This document shows positions 16,871 through 25,155 of a stretch of 64,000 nt of DNA, piece after piece. Below the pieces are notes generated by a model, which was given only the letters and a program-made list of their open reading frames with translations, was not told the DNA's origin and ran no database searches. Both the position numbers and the translations under genes were made by a program. Numbering within the stretch: position 1 is the first letter of the stretch; each line of letters opens with the position of its first letter. The DNA is from a virus, in IMG/VR virus record IMGVR_UViG_3300022555_000046; one strand, written 5' to 3'.

Positions 16871-17270
16871 CAGGTTCTGGACCGTTGCTGTTATCGGGCG
16901 AGACATGTCGAACCTCACGTTCTTTGAAACCCCCGTCTGATTGATCAAGACCGACTGATTTCGTGGATTGATCGAAAAGGACCGACCCCCGAAACCGATC
17001 CATGAGCCTCGCCAAAGGTTTGTGGCGGGAATGATTGAGGGGCGGTGGCCTTGGCACGGCACGGGGGTGACAAAGGACATACGAAATCGTTCTTCGTCTC
17101 CCGGCAAGGTTCCCAATCTATCTCCCGATCCGGTCCATCCCGGGAGTTGAAAGTAGTAGGGGCGAAAAGCCGGGAGAGCGGAACGGTGGGGTCCAATGAA
17201 GTCATGGAAAAAAGGAGAGAAACTTACGTTTAGAAGGAAACTCGCACATATCACAATATCTGAAGAATAG
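16871..17270 (+). ncRNA. Long structured 5' leader / candidate ncRNA
   Basis: boxA-like GTTCTTTGAAA at 16919-16929; perfect long-range helices 16929-16936/17061-17068 and 17097-17105/17169-17177. Confidence 0.5.
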
Positions 17271-17282
17271 GGAGGAGCCGAA

Positions 17283-17525
17283 ATGAAAGCTGGCATAAGA
17301 AAAACAACTGAAGGGCTAAGGTCTTACATGAAGAAACACGGTTATACAGGGTTATTATTTTCGGATGAAAACTGCGGATGCTCAATACATGACCTTGTAC
17401 CATGTGGCGAAGATCATTCTCAATGTGAATTTGGATGGGAAAGGGAGTGTTCGGCAGAAGAAACAGATCAGGGGTATGATTTTATGATAACTAATATAAA
17501 ACCCACAGAGGAGGAAACAAAATGA
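17283..17525 (+). CDS. Cys-rich hypothetical protein
   Basis: CGC..DLVPC..C; GGAGGAG upstream. Confidence 0.65.
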   Translation: MKAGIRKTTEGLRSYMKKHGYTGLLFSDENCGCSIHDLVPCGEDHSQCEFGWERECSAEETDQGYDFMITNIKPTEEETK

Positions 17526-17764
17526 CGCATCCCCATCAGCAAATTATCTCCGTAATAATTACTATTTTAAGTATTTACCTTATAGTAATTATTGTGCTGT
17601 CAATCATTTGGATCAAAAACAAAGATAGGCGCAGGGAGCCTTTTATCCAAGATGTTTTTTATAAGAATGGTGTAATGTTTGCTGTTTCCGCAATAGTAGT
17701 ATTTATAGTAGTAATTACCTTAATAGGGCTTACCTCTGTTTTGGTAAATGACTTAATTTTCTAA
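17522..17764 (+). CDS. Two-TM membrane protein
   Basis: Two hydrophobic segments. Confidence 0.65.
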   Translation: MTHPHQQIISVIITILSIYLIVIIVLSIIWIKNKDRRREPFIQDVFYKNGVMFAVSAIVVFIVVITLIGLTSVLVNDLIF

Positions 17765-17765
17765 T

Positions 17766-18074
17766 ATGAAATTTATCGTATCCACAAGCAGATTTCGCAC
17801 GGCAGTATCAAAAGCCATGTTAAATAATACAGTGTCGGTATTCTCCCAATACGGGAAACTTACATTTGTAGGGTTTACCAATATGTGTTTTAATTTTGAA
17901 ACCACAAAAGAACACATACACGAGACTCTTGGTAGTTGTCCGTTTAATGAAATTCAATGGGAGTCCGTCCGTAAATTTCTGGGAACACTGGAGGATCAAC
18001 CAATCGTTGTCGACCTTGACTGGGATGGAGATTATTTGGGAATTCAGTTCAGTCAATTTGTAATAAAATTCTGA
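17766..18074 (+). CDS. Hypothetical protein
   Basis: Tightly packed ORF. Confidence 0.6.
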   Translation: MKFIVSTSRFRTAVSKAMLNNTVSVFSQYGKLTFVGFTNMCFNFETTKEHIHETLGSCPFNEIQWESVRKFLGTLEDQPIVVDLDWDGDYLGIQFSQFVIKF

Positions 18075-18370
18075 TGGCACACACCAATTTAAGAACCAGA
18101 ATAAAACTTATTGCCGAACGGCAGTATGGCTCAAAAATCGACAGCACGGCTATGGTAGATGAGATCATGGAGTTGGTTATGATCTTTACGAAATATAAGG
18201 AGGTGAAGGAAGAATCTCCTTGTGATCATCCGAAAAACATATTACATCAGTACCATGACCTTTCGGTGATCTGCGAAAAATGCCATGAGGTTATCTGGCA
18301 GGTGGACTTCAGTAAGCCAAATACGCTCGCCCAGTTCAGAGGAGTAGATAATCCAATGTTCGCCAAATGA
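18074..18370 (+). CDS. Hypothetical protein (possible Zn site)
   Basis: CDH..H..CEKCH. Confidence 0.6.
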   Translation: MAHTNLRTRIKLIAERQYGSKIDSTAMVDEIMELVMIFTKYKEVKEESPCDHPKNILHQYHDLSVICEKCHEVIWQVDFSKPNTLAQFRGVDNPMFAK

Positions 18371-18383
18371 AAAAGGATAGACG

Positions 18384-19451
18384 ATGAAAATAAAGGGAAT
18401 GAATAAAGACGGACAGCCATTGCTAAAAGACTATATAAATCTTGGTAACTATCTAAAACCCAAATTCTACGACATTATAAGAAAAAAATTTGATCACGTA
18501 TTTGAGGATGAACCACAGATAGAGCCGATTGATCTTGAACTTTCCCCGGCCATCAAACAGGCACTTTCAGGACTTCAAAAGGCAATGGACGATATCCAAC
18601 TTTACTGGATGAATATAAATCAGGCACTTAAACCAAAAACCATGAGATACATCTTAGTTAAAGACCACGAGACCAGAGGGATAAAACTCGACAGAGGCAT
18701 GGTCTTCACCAGAAAAGAAAAGGAAACAAATCACCCCGGGAAAACCGATGTGTATTACGAACACGAGAAAGTGAGTTCCTTCGGGGACGGTTTTGTTATG
18801 CGACTTTCTCCCTATGAGGTGGAGAATAATCCGATCTTCCAGCAGGTGATCGAACGTGATGACTACCCGGGTCCCGCTGGTGCTAAATGGAACCTTGGAA
18901 GAGAAAAACTGCCAAGGGATATCTACCTGCATTACTACCTTGGAAGGATTGTCTGGCACAAAGATATTTATAACGGTAAGGAACATATGAAGATCGTTGG
19001 ACTCAGACCAAATCTGGTCGAACTCGAAGGAGACTACTCTGGAGGGACCAACAATGTTTGTCAGAGTAGTTGGATGCCGATGGCCGGGGTTCTTTTTGAG
19101 GAGAACAAAACATCAGCCATCGGACCACTCTCACATCCTGAAACACCATACTTCCCGATTGTCAGAGGACACACCTTATATAAGATCGGGATGAAGGCCG
19201 TAGTCGAATACAGCACATACATCAGGGTTAAATGTAATGGAACGTGGTATGTCATAAGACACACAGCAGAAGGGGCGATATACAATTGTTGCGATGCCTG
19301 TAAACCGGATGACAACGATGTTATATACAAGTTAATTCGTGATGCTTATTTCATGCAGAAAATGATCCACACAGAATGGATTAAGGTCGGCCTTAATGTC
19401 TATGAGGTTGACCCCTGTCAGGAAGAAGAGGAAGTTCGATTACTTAAATAG
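18384..19451 (+). CDS. Hypothetical protein, probably multi-domain
   Basis: 355-aa ORF; no family recognised. Confidence 0.7.
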   Translation: MKIKGMNKDGQPLLKDYINLGNYLKPKFYDIIRKKFDHVFEDEPQIEPIDLELSPAIKQALSGLQKAMDDIQLYWMNINQALKPKTMRYILVKDHETRGIKLDRGMVFTRKEKETNHPGKTDVYYEHEKVSSFGDGFVMRLSPYEVENNPIFQQVIERDDYPGPAGAKWNLGREKLPRDIYLHYYLGRIVWHKDIYNGKEHMKIVGLRPNLVELEGDYSGGTNNVCQSSWMPMAGVLFEENKTSAIGPLSHPETPYFPIVRGHTLYKIGMKAVVEYSTYIRVKCNGTWYVIRHTAEGAIYNCCDACKPDDNDVIYKLIRDAYFMQKMIHTEWIKVGLNVYEVDPCQEEEEVRLLK

Positions 19452-19452
19452 A

Positions 19453-19623
19453 ATGAACTGCAAGTACAAGAAAGACACACCATGCACGGACGATTGCCAT
19501 CAGTCCCGGTGTGTCTTTCGATACGAAAAGATGTTTTACAAAACAGGTGAAACAAGTTGTATGAAACCCCACCGACTGCGTGGTAAAAACAAGAAAAATG
19601 GCAAAGCCAACAAGAACCATTAA
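19453..19623 (+). CDS. Small Cys-rich basic protein
   Basis: MNCKYKKDTPCTDDC..C..C. Confidence 0.45.
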   Translation: MNCKYKKDTPCTDDCHQSRCVFRYEKMFYKTGETSCMKPHRLRGKNKKNGKANKNH

Positions 19624-19936
19624 GGTATATTTAGCCGCCCCATATTCACACGGGGACCGGGAGGCGAATCTACGTAGAAGTATTGACATAGCGGAGGAAC
19701 TTATGGTCGCTGGATTCGTGGTATTCAATCCCCTTCTGGATCGTTACCATCAGGCTGTACACAGACATGAACACAGTTTCTGGATGGAACAGGGCAAGGC
19801 GTGGATCGACTGTTGTGATATGGTTATGAGAATACCCGGGCAAAGCCTTGGGGCAGACGAGGAGGAGGATTATGCCGAGAAGTTAAACATCCCGGTACTC
19901 CATAATGTTAACATGATTAAGTCGTATTTCATATAA
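19598..19936 (+). CDS. DUF1937/DUF4406-like nucleoside deoxyribosyltransferase-fold protein
   Basis: VYLAAPYS..VFNP..W..CD..W..SLGA.EE.YA pattern. Confidence 0.7.
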   Translation: MAKPTRTIKVYLAAPYSHGDREANLRRSIDIAEELMVAGFVVFNPLLDRYHQAVHRHEHSFWMEQGKAWIDCCDMVMRIPGQSLGADEEEDYAEKLNIPVLHNVNMIKSYFI

Positions 19937-19944
19937 AAACCGAC

Positions 19945-20202
19945 ATGGGAAAGTGTGATGAGTGTATTAAGTTAATGACGAAAGTAAGGGTAGGAACCTT
20001 CTGCAATGACTGCAAGGGAGTCCTTCCTTATATCTCAAGAGAGTCCATTAAACTAAAGATTGAGAAGATAAAGAGTTTGGAGAAAGATTCTATTATGGAA
20101 GTGTTTGGGGCAGGAAGAACCAAGTCGTTTATAGATGGTTTTAATATTGGAATAAAGGCAGCGTTGGAGGAATTAAAAGAAATTAGCGATGATAAAGAAT
20201 AA
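19945..20202 (+). CDS. Hypothetical protein
   Basis: CDEC..CNDC. Confidence 0.55.
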   Translation: MGKCDECIKLMTKVRVGTFCNDCKGVLPYISRESIKLKIEKIKSLEKDSIMEVFGAGRTKSFIDGFNIGIKAALEELKEISDDKE

Positions 20203-20815
20203 ATGGAAACGCAAGGAACTCTGGCTTGAATCGGAGACGCTTGATAAACTTTCCGAGATGGCCTCCCGGGAAGGACGTAGTTTAAAGGATTTTTGTGAGA
20301 GGATTCTTTATTTCGTGGGAAACGGAAGTTACATCACACGTTCCGATGGACGCATAGAAATTCCGAGTCCCGGTAATTACACCACTTGGATACATGAAGA
20401 CATGACATATAAGGTTAGGTCTATCCCGGGGTGGGATTCAAAGGATTGGGATATCGAGGAAAAGATAAATGATGAAGTCGGAAAGACCGCTCCTCTTCTT
20501 GGTTATGTTTCCCAGTTAATGGAAGAAACCCCAAATCACCGGATGCCTAACGGCAGGAAATTAACGGATGAGGACATAAATCTGGCACAGGAGGTCGTTT
20601 CTATGGCAAACCAAGGAATTATCCATCCAGCGGTTTCTCACATCACTACGCCCAATCACGTTAAGTTTTCTGACAAGATTGTGATTGACGATATGGAGTT
20701 ATTGAACTCCGAGAAGAAAATGAAAATAGCAAGGGGACTTGCGATAATTGAAGAGGTTAAGAACAAAAAGAAAATTAAAAAGAATGGAGGGAAAAATGAG
20801 AAAATTGCTGACTAA
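20189..20815 (+). CDS. Protein with N-terminal ribbon-helix-helix-like domain
   Basis: LESETLDKLSEMASREGRSLKDFCERIL. Confidence 0.55.
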   Translation: MIKNKWKRKELWLESETLDKLSEMASREGRSLKDFCERILYFVGNGSYITRSDGRIEIPSPGNYTTWIHEDMTYKVRSIPGWDSKDWDIEEKINDEVGKTAPLLGYVSQLMEETPNHRMPNGRKLTDEDINLAQEVVSMANQGIIHPAVSHITTPNHVKFSDKIVIDDMELLNSEKKMKIARGLAIIEEVKNKKKIKKNGGKNEKIAD

Positions 20816-21152
20816 ATTTTTTGAATATGCAAAGCGTCATTACTCCAACCCCTCGGAAGATACCGTGGAATTCTTTATGAGAACATTATCTCTCTCACCG
20901 TCAGAAACGGTGGTTGAACTTCGCAGACAGGCCGGGAACACCACCCGCCAAGTCGATGACGCAATTCAGAGGCTGTTTGCCGGGGAATCTATTAGGGCTA
21001 TTGATCACTGGAAGTTTGGATCATCCGAGGAGGCAAACACAAATTACTTCAGGAGGATACTTCTACGGATCGAGCATGAACATAGCTGGCTGATCAGGTC
21101 AAACCTTCTGGAGATTGACGAAATAGAACTCACGATCAAGTTACACAATTAA
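20796..21152 (+). CDS. Hypothetical protein
   Basis: ATG 20796 preceded by GGAGG. Confidence 0.6.
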   Translation: MRKLLTKFFEYAKRHYSNPSEDTVEFFMRTLSLSPSETVVELRRQAGNTTRQVDDAIQRLFAGESIRAIDHWKFGSSEEANTNYFRRILLRIEHEHSWLIRSNLLEIDEIELTIKLHN

Positions 21153-21172
21153 TTTAATTAACCACACATAAT

Positions 21173-21508
21173 ATGACTACAATGAACACCTTAACGATGA
21201 CAACTTTCATCGTATTAAATATACTTCTTTATTCGGTTGTCGGTTATTTTTACTGGTACAACCATGTCCGTGAAAAGAAACGGAATCAGTGGAATTGCGT
21301 GAAGAAGAAAGGACTTCCTCCACCGAACAAACCCGTTATTGTTACGAGCGGGGATTGCACTATCATGTATGTAGCTGAGTGGTATATAGATGAGTTTGGA
21401 AAGACGAGATGGCAATGTTCCTCTCCTCCAGCATGGTTTATTCCTGAACATCATTTTCCAACACATTGGATAAATCTTCCAGATAAGATCGGAGGCTCAA
21501 ATGGATGA
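21173..21508 (+). CDS. TM plus DUF551-like protein
   Basis: N-terminal TM; W..VKKKGLPP..V.V..THW..LP pattern. Confidence 0.6.
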   Translation: MTTMNTLTMTTFIVLNILLYSVVGYFYWYNHVREKKRNQWNCVKKKGLPPPNKPVIVTSGDCTIMYVAEWYIDEFGKTRWQCSSPPAWFIPEHHFPTHWINLPDKIGGSNG

Positions 21509-21890
21509 TACACTTAAATTGATCGACAGAATAATTGGTCACCTGAAGGATAATAGTAAGGACACTCAATATCCTATACCTTACATCAGGACTGAAGAGG
21601 CTAACTTTGGATCACCCTCTCTTCCAAGGGTAATTATCTCAAGGAATTCCATGTATGATATCTTGCGAAATCCATTAAGGCAATTCCTTATTGGTGCTAT
21701 TGAAATTTCAAGAGAGGAGGTCGCAAAAGAGTTTGAACAGCGGATGGTTTTTATAGACAAGGCATCTGCTGTGCCGGGAATCGACCCGGGTATGTTGATA
21801 AAAACCGCTGCCCTTATTGAACAGTATGTCACGAAAAAAAATAGTCCCAAGAATTCAGATAACACTGGTATTTCGGACAAAGAACGGTAG
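21501..21890 (+). CDS. Hypothetical protein
   Basis: 129-aa ORF with GGAGG upstream. Confidence 0.6.
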   Translation: MDDTLKLIDRIIGHLKDNSKDTQYPIPYIRTEEANFGSPSLPRVIISRNSMYDILRNPLRQFLIGAIEISREEVAKEFEQRMVFIDKASAVPGIDPGMLIKTAALIEQYVTKKNSPKNSDNTGISDKER

Positions 21891-22016
21891 GTTGTTTATT
21901 GACTGTTATGGAGCAATAACCATTAGCAGGTTATTCACCAAGAAACAAATGATAAGGCTAACGACAGATCAGATAATACGGGTTATGAATGAGTTGGCTC
22001 CTCCTGTTAAAAATAA

Positions 22017-22080
22017 TCCCCATATGGACTCCCATATGACTTCCCATATGGAAACAGAAACAGAAATATAAATATTAAAA
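22017..22080 (+). repeat. Iteron-like 3x CATATG (12-bp period), copy B
   Basis: CATATG at 22021, 22033, 22045 followed by GAAACAGAAACAGAAATATAAATATT. Confidence 0.6.
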
Positions 22081-22083
22081 GAA

Positions 22084-22506
22084 ATGAGTAATTACAAATT
22101 AATAAACAATAGGGTTGAAAGGCTTTTGTCTGAACATCCTGAACTTCGTGACGATGATCGTAAACTTCAGGTGGCTATATGGAAGGAAGATATTTTCGGA
22201 AGAGAGGAATTACCGTTCTCCCAGTTGTTCGTTCTTCGTGATGACCAAGGAAAGTACGTTATAACAAACCCTGAGTCTATCAGGAGATCACGGCAAAAGG
22301 TTCAGGAGATGTTCCCACGCTTAAGGCCAATAACTGAAAAACGTGCTGATACCGAACCGGACTGGCGGACTGAACTCGGATACACCTCCCCGGGATCAAC
22401 CAAGCCGTACCCGGGAGATAAAGAAGATTACAAGGGGGATGATTTATTTGGAGGTCCTGAAAAAGGAAAGAAAGGATTTTCCATCCCCTCGGATGAAGGA
22501 GAATAA
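22084..22506 (+). CDS. Hypothetical phage protein (possible HTH)
   Basis: LLSEHPELRDDDRKL..W..PESIRRSRQKVQE..P.LR pattern. Confidence 0.7.
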   Translation: MSNYKLINNRVERLLSEHPELRDDDRKLQVAIWKEDIFGREELPFSQLFVLRDDQGKYVITNPESIRRSRQKVQEMFPRLRPITEKRADTEPDWRTELGYTSPGSTKPYPGDKEDYKGDDLFGGPEKGKKGFSIPSDEGE

Positions 22507-22532
22507 AAAACCCGGGGAGACCCGGGTTCTTA
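22505..22532. terminator. Bidirectional-type terminator between convergent units
   Basis: A6-AACCCGGG-GAGA-CCCGGGTT-CTT. Confidence 0.7.
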
Positions 22533-22549
22533 CCTTTGGTGTTCAGCGA

Positions 22550-22633
22550 TTATTTACAACCACATTTTCCACCTTTTCCTCCCTTGCCACCTTTGGTGGG
22601 TTTTCCTGAAGGTTTACCTTTCGATCCAGCCAT
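22550..22633 (-). CDS. 27-aa Gly/Lys-rich basic peptide
   Basis: MAGSKGKPSGKPTKGGKGGKGGKCGCK; flanked by its own promoter and terminator. Confidence 0.65.
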   Translation of the reverse strand: MAGSKGKPSGKPTKGGKGGKGGKCGCK

Positions 22634-22667
22634 TTGATTCTGATTTTAACATTAATGAAAAAGCGCA

Positions 22668-22698
22668 CAAATATACAAAATGAATTGATGGATGTCAA
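22668..22698 (-). promoter_or_regulatory. Promoter for the 27-aa peptide gene
   Basis: TTGACA-N17-TATATTTG. Confidence 0.75.
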
Positions 22699-22699
22699 T

Positions 22700-22724
22700 A
22701 AAAAACCCGGGAATTTTCCCGGGT
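22700..22724 (-). terminator. Intrinsic terminator of minus-strand operon
   Basis: ACCCGGGAAAATTCCCGGGT hairpin followed by T6. Confidence 0.7.
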
Positions 22725-22780
22725 CTCCCTGTTCACAAACAGGTCACGCATCCATGTGGCTCATCTGCCTCGGAGTTATC

Positions 22781-23305
22781 TTAAAGGGGCATAGGCTGGA
22801 ATCCCGGGGAACTCACTACCGTACCGCCTTCCACTGATTTTTCATATTCCTTAACATTCTTGATTCGATTTAACTCCCATCCGAGCCAGTGCTTTGCCTC
22901 AATCATGGAGCATCTTGAGAAGATCAGATGGTTTTCAGTCCACACCCCGGGAATGTCATACATTTCGCTTGCCGGGAAAACCCTGTCAAACCGTGATAAA
23001 AACTCTTCAATCTCCTTGCGAAACAATTTTACGCAGGAGGTTTGGGTTGCGCTGGACACGTCAATTCCATCCCATATGGTTTCAAATTTATGTTCAGCCT
23101 GTTCCTCAATTACAGGACTTGATGGGTCGGTTGAACTTCCGTAAGGGGTTGGGGTTCCGAGTCCTCCAAGTACCATCCCGAGCCACGCCTTGGCTCTCTG
23201 GAGTTGCCTCATGCACAGCGTAATCTCCGCTGAATTGTTTAACCGATATGTTGAGTTGATTAGCTTGTCGATTTCAAGCCTGAGTGTTCTAATTTGTTCT
23301 TCCAT
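22781..23305 (-). CDS. Hypothetical protein with internal repeat
   Basis: Two similar units ending ..RAKAWLGM.. and ..EAKHWLGW... Confidence 0.65.
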   Translation of the reverse strand: MEEQIRTLRLEIDKLINSTYRLNNSAEITLCMRQLQRAKAWLGMVLGGLGTPTPYGSSTDPSSPVIEEQAEHKFETIWDGIDVSSATQTSCVKLFRKEIEEFLSRFDRVFPASEMYDIPGVWTENHLIFSRCSMIEAKHWLGWELNRIKNVKEYEKSVEGGTVVSSPGFQPMPL

Positions 23306-23313
23306 TTTTTATG

Positions 23314-23646
23314 TTATTTGTGAGTTTTTAATTGCTTGCCAGAGCGTTCGATTATTTTACCTAACTTGAAAACAAAGTAGTCCGTTCCTTCTACTGCGCC
23401 CCAACTTTGATTGCCTTGATTAATGGCAATATCGAGGACCTCGACTTTCATGGAGGGGGCGTCTCGTTGGTATCCATTACGGAAAGTGATCGTGGCGAAC
23501 GGCTTAAACACACATCCACGGGCATCGTCAAAACGCAGAATAAGTCGATCATACCAGTACGATTTGATCTCCCGGTATTCTTCCGTCTTGACCCCTGACT
23601 CGATCATCTCGAACCACTTTGCTTTCAAAGTTAAAGGCAGGTTCAT
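23314..23646 (-). CDS. ASCH-domain protein
   Basis: LTLKAKWFEMIESGVKTEEYREIKSYW..TFRNGY. Confidence 0.85.
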   Translation of the reverse strand: MNLPLTLKAKWFEMIESGVKTEEYREIKSYWYDRLILRFDDARGCVFKPFATITFRNGYQRDAPSMKVEVLDIAINQGNQSWGAVEGTDYFVFKLGKIIERSGKQLKTHK

Positions 23647-24161
23647 TTTGCTTGTTTCATTGAGGTTCCGTTCGACATCGGTTTCGGGTCTTTCACCGGG
23701 GGTTTTCTTTCCCTTTTTTTAGTGGTTTCGCCTTTCGGTTTTATGGAGGCACTGGCCTTGCTTACCGGAGATATTTCTTTAACAGCCTCCACAAACTCTT
23801 CGGCATTAGGATTTTCCGAGGATGAAGACTCTTCGGGTCCCGGGATCATCGACTGGTCTGTGGGTCCCGTTGGGGCGTCCATCACTGACGGGGGGAGTGG
23901 CTCGCCATCCCCTGCCTTCGCAGTGTTTGGGAGTTCAAATCCTTCGGGGACTTCCTCGACATAGGTTGATAGGTCCTGATATTTCGAGGTCCCATCAGGG
24001 CTGTCACCAACCAAGATGATGGTCTCCCCCTTGATATCTATTTTCCTCTCCTCGTTGGCCTTTTCGGTTGCGTCACGGTCAAGAATGAATAACGCCTTAT
24101 TCACAAAGAACGCTCCAATAAGGAGGATGTTCATGGCCTTTAATTTTGATTGTGTTTTCAT
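23643..24161 (-). CDS. Hypothetical low-complexity protein
   Basis: 172 aa, Pro/Glu/Lys-rich C-terminal half. Confidence 0.6.
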   Translation of the reverse strand: MKTQSKLKAMNILLIGAFFVNKALFILDRDATEKANEERKIDIKGETIILVGDSPDGTSKYQDLSTYVEEVPEGFELPNTAKAGDGEPLPPSVMDAPTGPTDQSMIPGPEESSSSENPNAEEFVEAVKEISPVSKASASIKPKGETTKKRERKPPVKDPKPMSNGTSMKQAK

Positions 24162-24177
24162 ATATTTGTATTTGAGA

Positions 24178-24399
24178 TTAAAGACAGAACCGAATATCCT
24201 GCCATATCTTTAACGGGGTTGGAGCGACCTCTCCGAAGTCCCCGGCACTTCTTTTTTTATAGGTGATTACCAGTTTTTGCTGGACGTTCTTAAAACGAAA
24301 TCCCCACACTGCGTAACCTTCCAGACGTTTAAATCCCCAGATAAACTTCCGTGTTATTCTGGTTTTCCCTGTCTCGTATTTTGCTGATACTGGTGCCAT
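24178..24399 (-). CDS. Hypothetical protein
   Basis: ATG 24399 right after the YopX stop. Confidence 0.5.
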   Translation of the reverse strand: MAPVSAKYETGKTRITRKFIWGFKRLEGYAVWGFRFKNVQQKLVITYKKRSAGDFGEVAPTPLKIWQDIRFCL

Positions 24400-24400
24400 G

Positions 24401-24808
24401 TTAATTGAGTTCAAAGGTATTAAAAGTATCCGAATAAACATTGCCAATTATTTCCTGACAATGGGAGATTAAGACCGGATTAAATCCATTTGGGTCCTTG
24501 AGCCACCGAACGATAAACGATCCGTAATGGTATTCAACCACGCCTATGCTTTCGAGGTGTCTGACGATATCTCCTTCGTAAACCTCGGCCTTTCCCGGGG
24601 TAAACACTCCCGTGAACTGATACCTATCGTATGTGCCGGGGGCTTTAATATAGTCATCGAAGGTTCCTTCAAATACCTCTGCGTCCATCTCGGATACTCC
24701 GGTATGAGCCTGATGTTGCCATCCTTTTTCTGAGGTGGTCCATTCGTACCCGATAAGGGTGCGGGACTCACGTTCAACTACCTTGAATTTAATCGGTCTC
24801 GCAGCCAT
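24401..24808 (-). CDS. YopX-family protein
   Basis: IKFK..QFTG..EVYEGDIV..EIIGNVY. Confidence 0.85.
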   Translation of the reverse strand: MAARPIKFKVVERESRTLIGYEWTTSEKGWQHQAHTGVSEMDAEVFEGTFDDYIKAPGTYDRYQFTGVFTPGKAEVYEGDIVRHLESIGVVEYHYGSFIVRWLKDPNGFNPVLISHCQEIIGNVYSDTFNTFELN

Positions 24809-25155
24809 TGTGTGATTCTTTTAAGCCAAGGAGTAGGCGTAAATACTTCTTTGTACTTTTCGGTATCCTGTTCCCCTTTAGCGTACTCGTCAACTGAATA
24901 GGATGGGGGACACAAGGACTTTATCTTTGATTGCTTAATTGGCCTACCGGAAAGTGTTTTCTTTTCCTTCTGAGCATGGATAGGTGCCTTGGAGCGATCT
25001 TCATCCACGACACCACGGAGATGCATTTTGATCCTTTTGTTGTGGAGGGTTCTTAGGGCTCTCCACATCTCCATATCCATCCCCTCCGGTCTTTCAATAG
25101 GGAAGTCATCGGCAACCTTAATAGACGGGTCTATTTCAGCAACTGGCTTTTTCAT
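24778..25155 (-). CDS. Hypothetical protein
   Basis: 125-aa ORF. Confidence 0.6.
   Translation of the reverse strand: MKKPVAEIDPSIKVADDFPIERPEGMDMEMWRALRTLHNKRIKMHLRGVVDEDRSKAPIHAQKEKKTLSGRPIKQSKIKSLCPPSYSVDEYAKGEQDTEKYKEVFTPTPWLKRITQWLRDRLNSR

Noticed and set aside
16599-17296. ORFs 16599-17057 (-), 16820-17296 (-), 16968-17150 (+)
   Set aside because: No family motifs; they overlap the promoter, boxA and long-range helices, which are better explained as a non-coding leader.
21817-22071. 84-aa ORF ending HMDSHMTSHMETETEI
   Set aside because: TTG/GTG-type start overlapping the previous gene; the C-terminus is simply the translated CATATG array.
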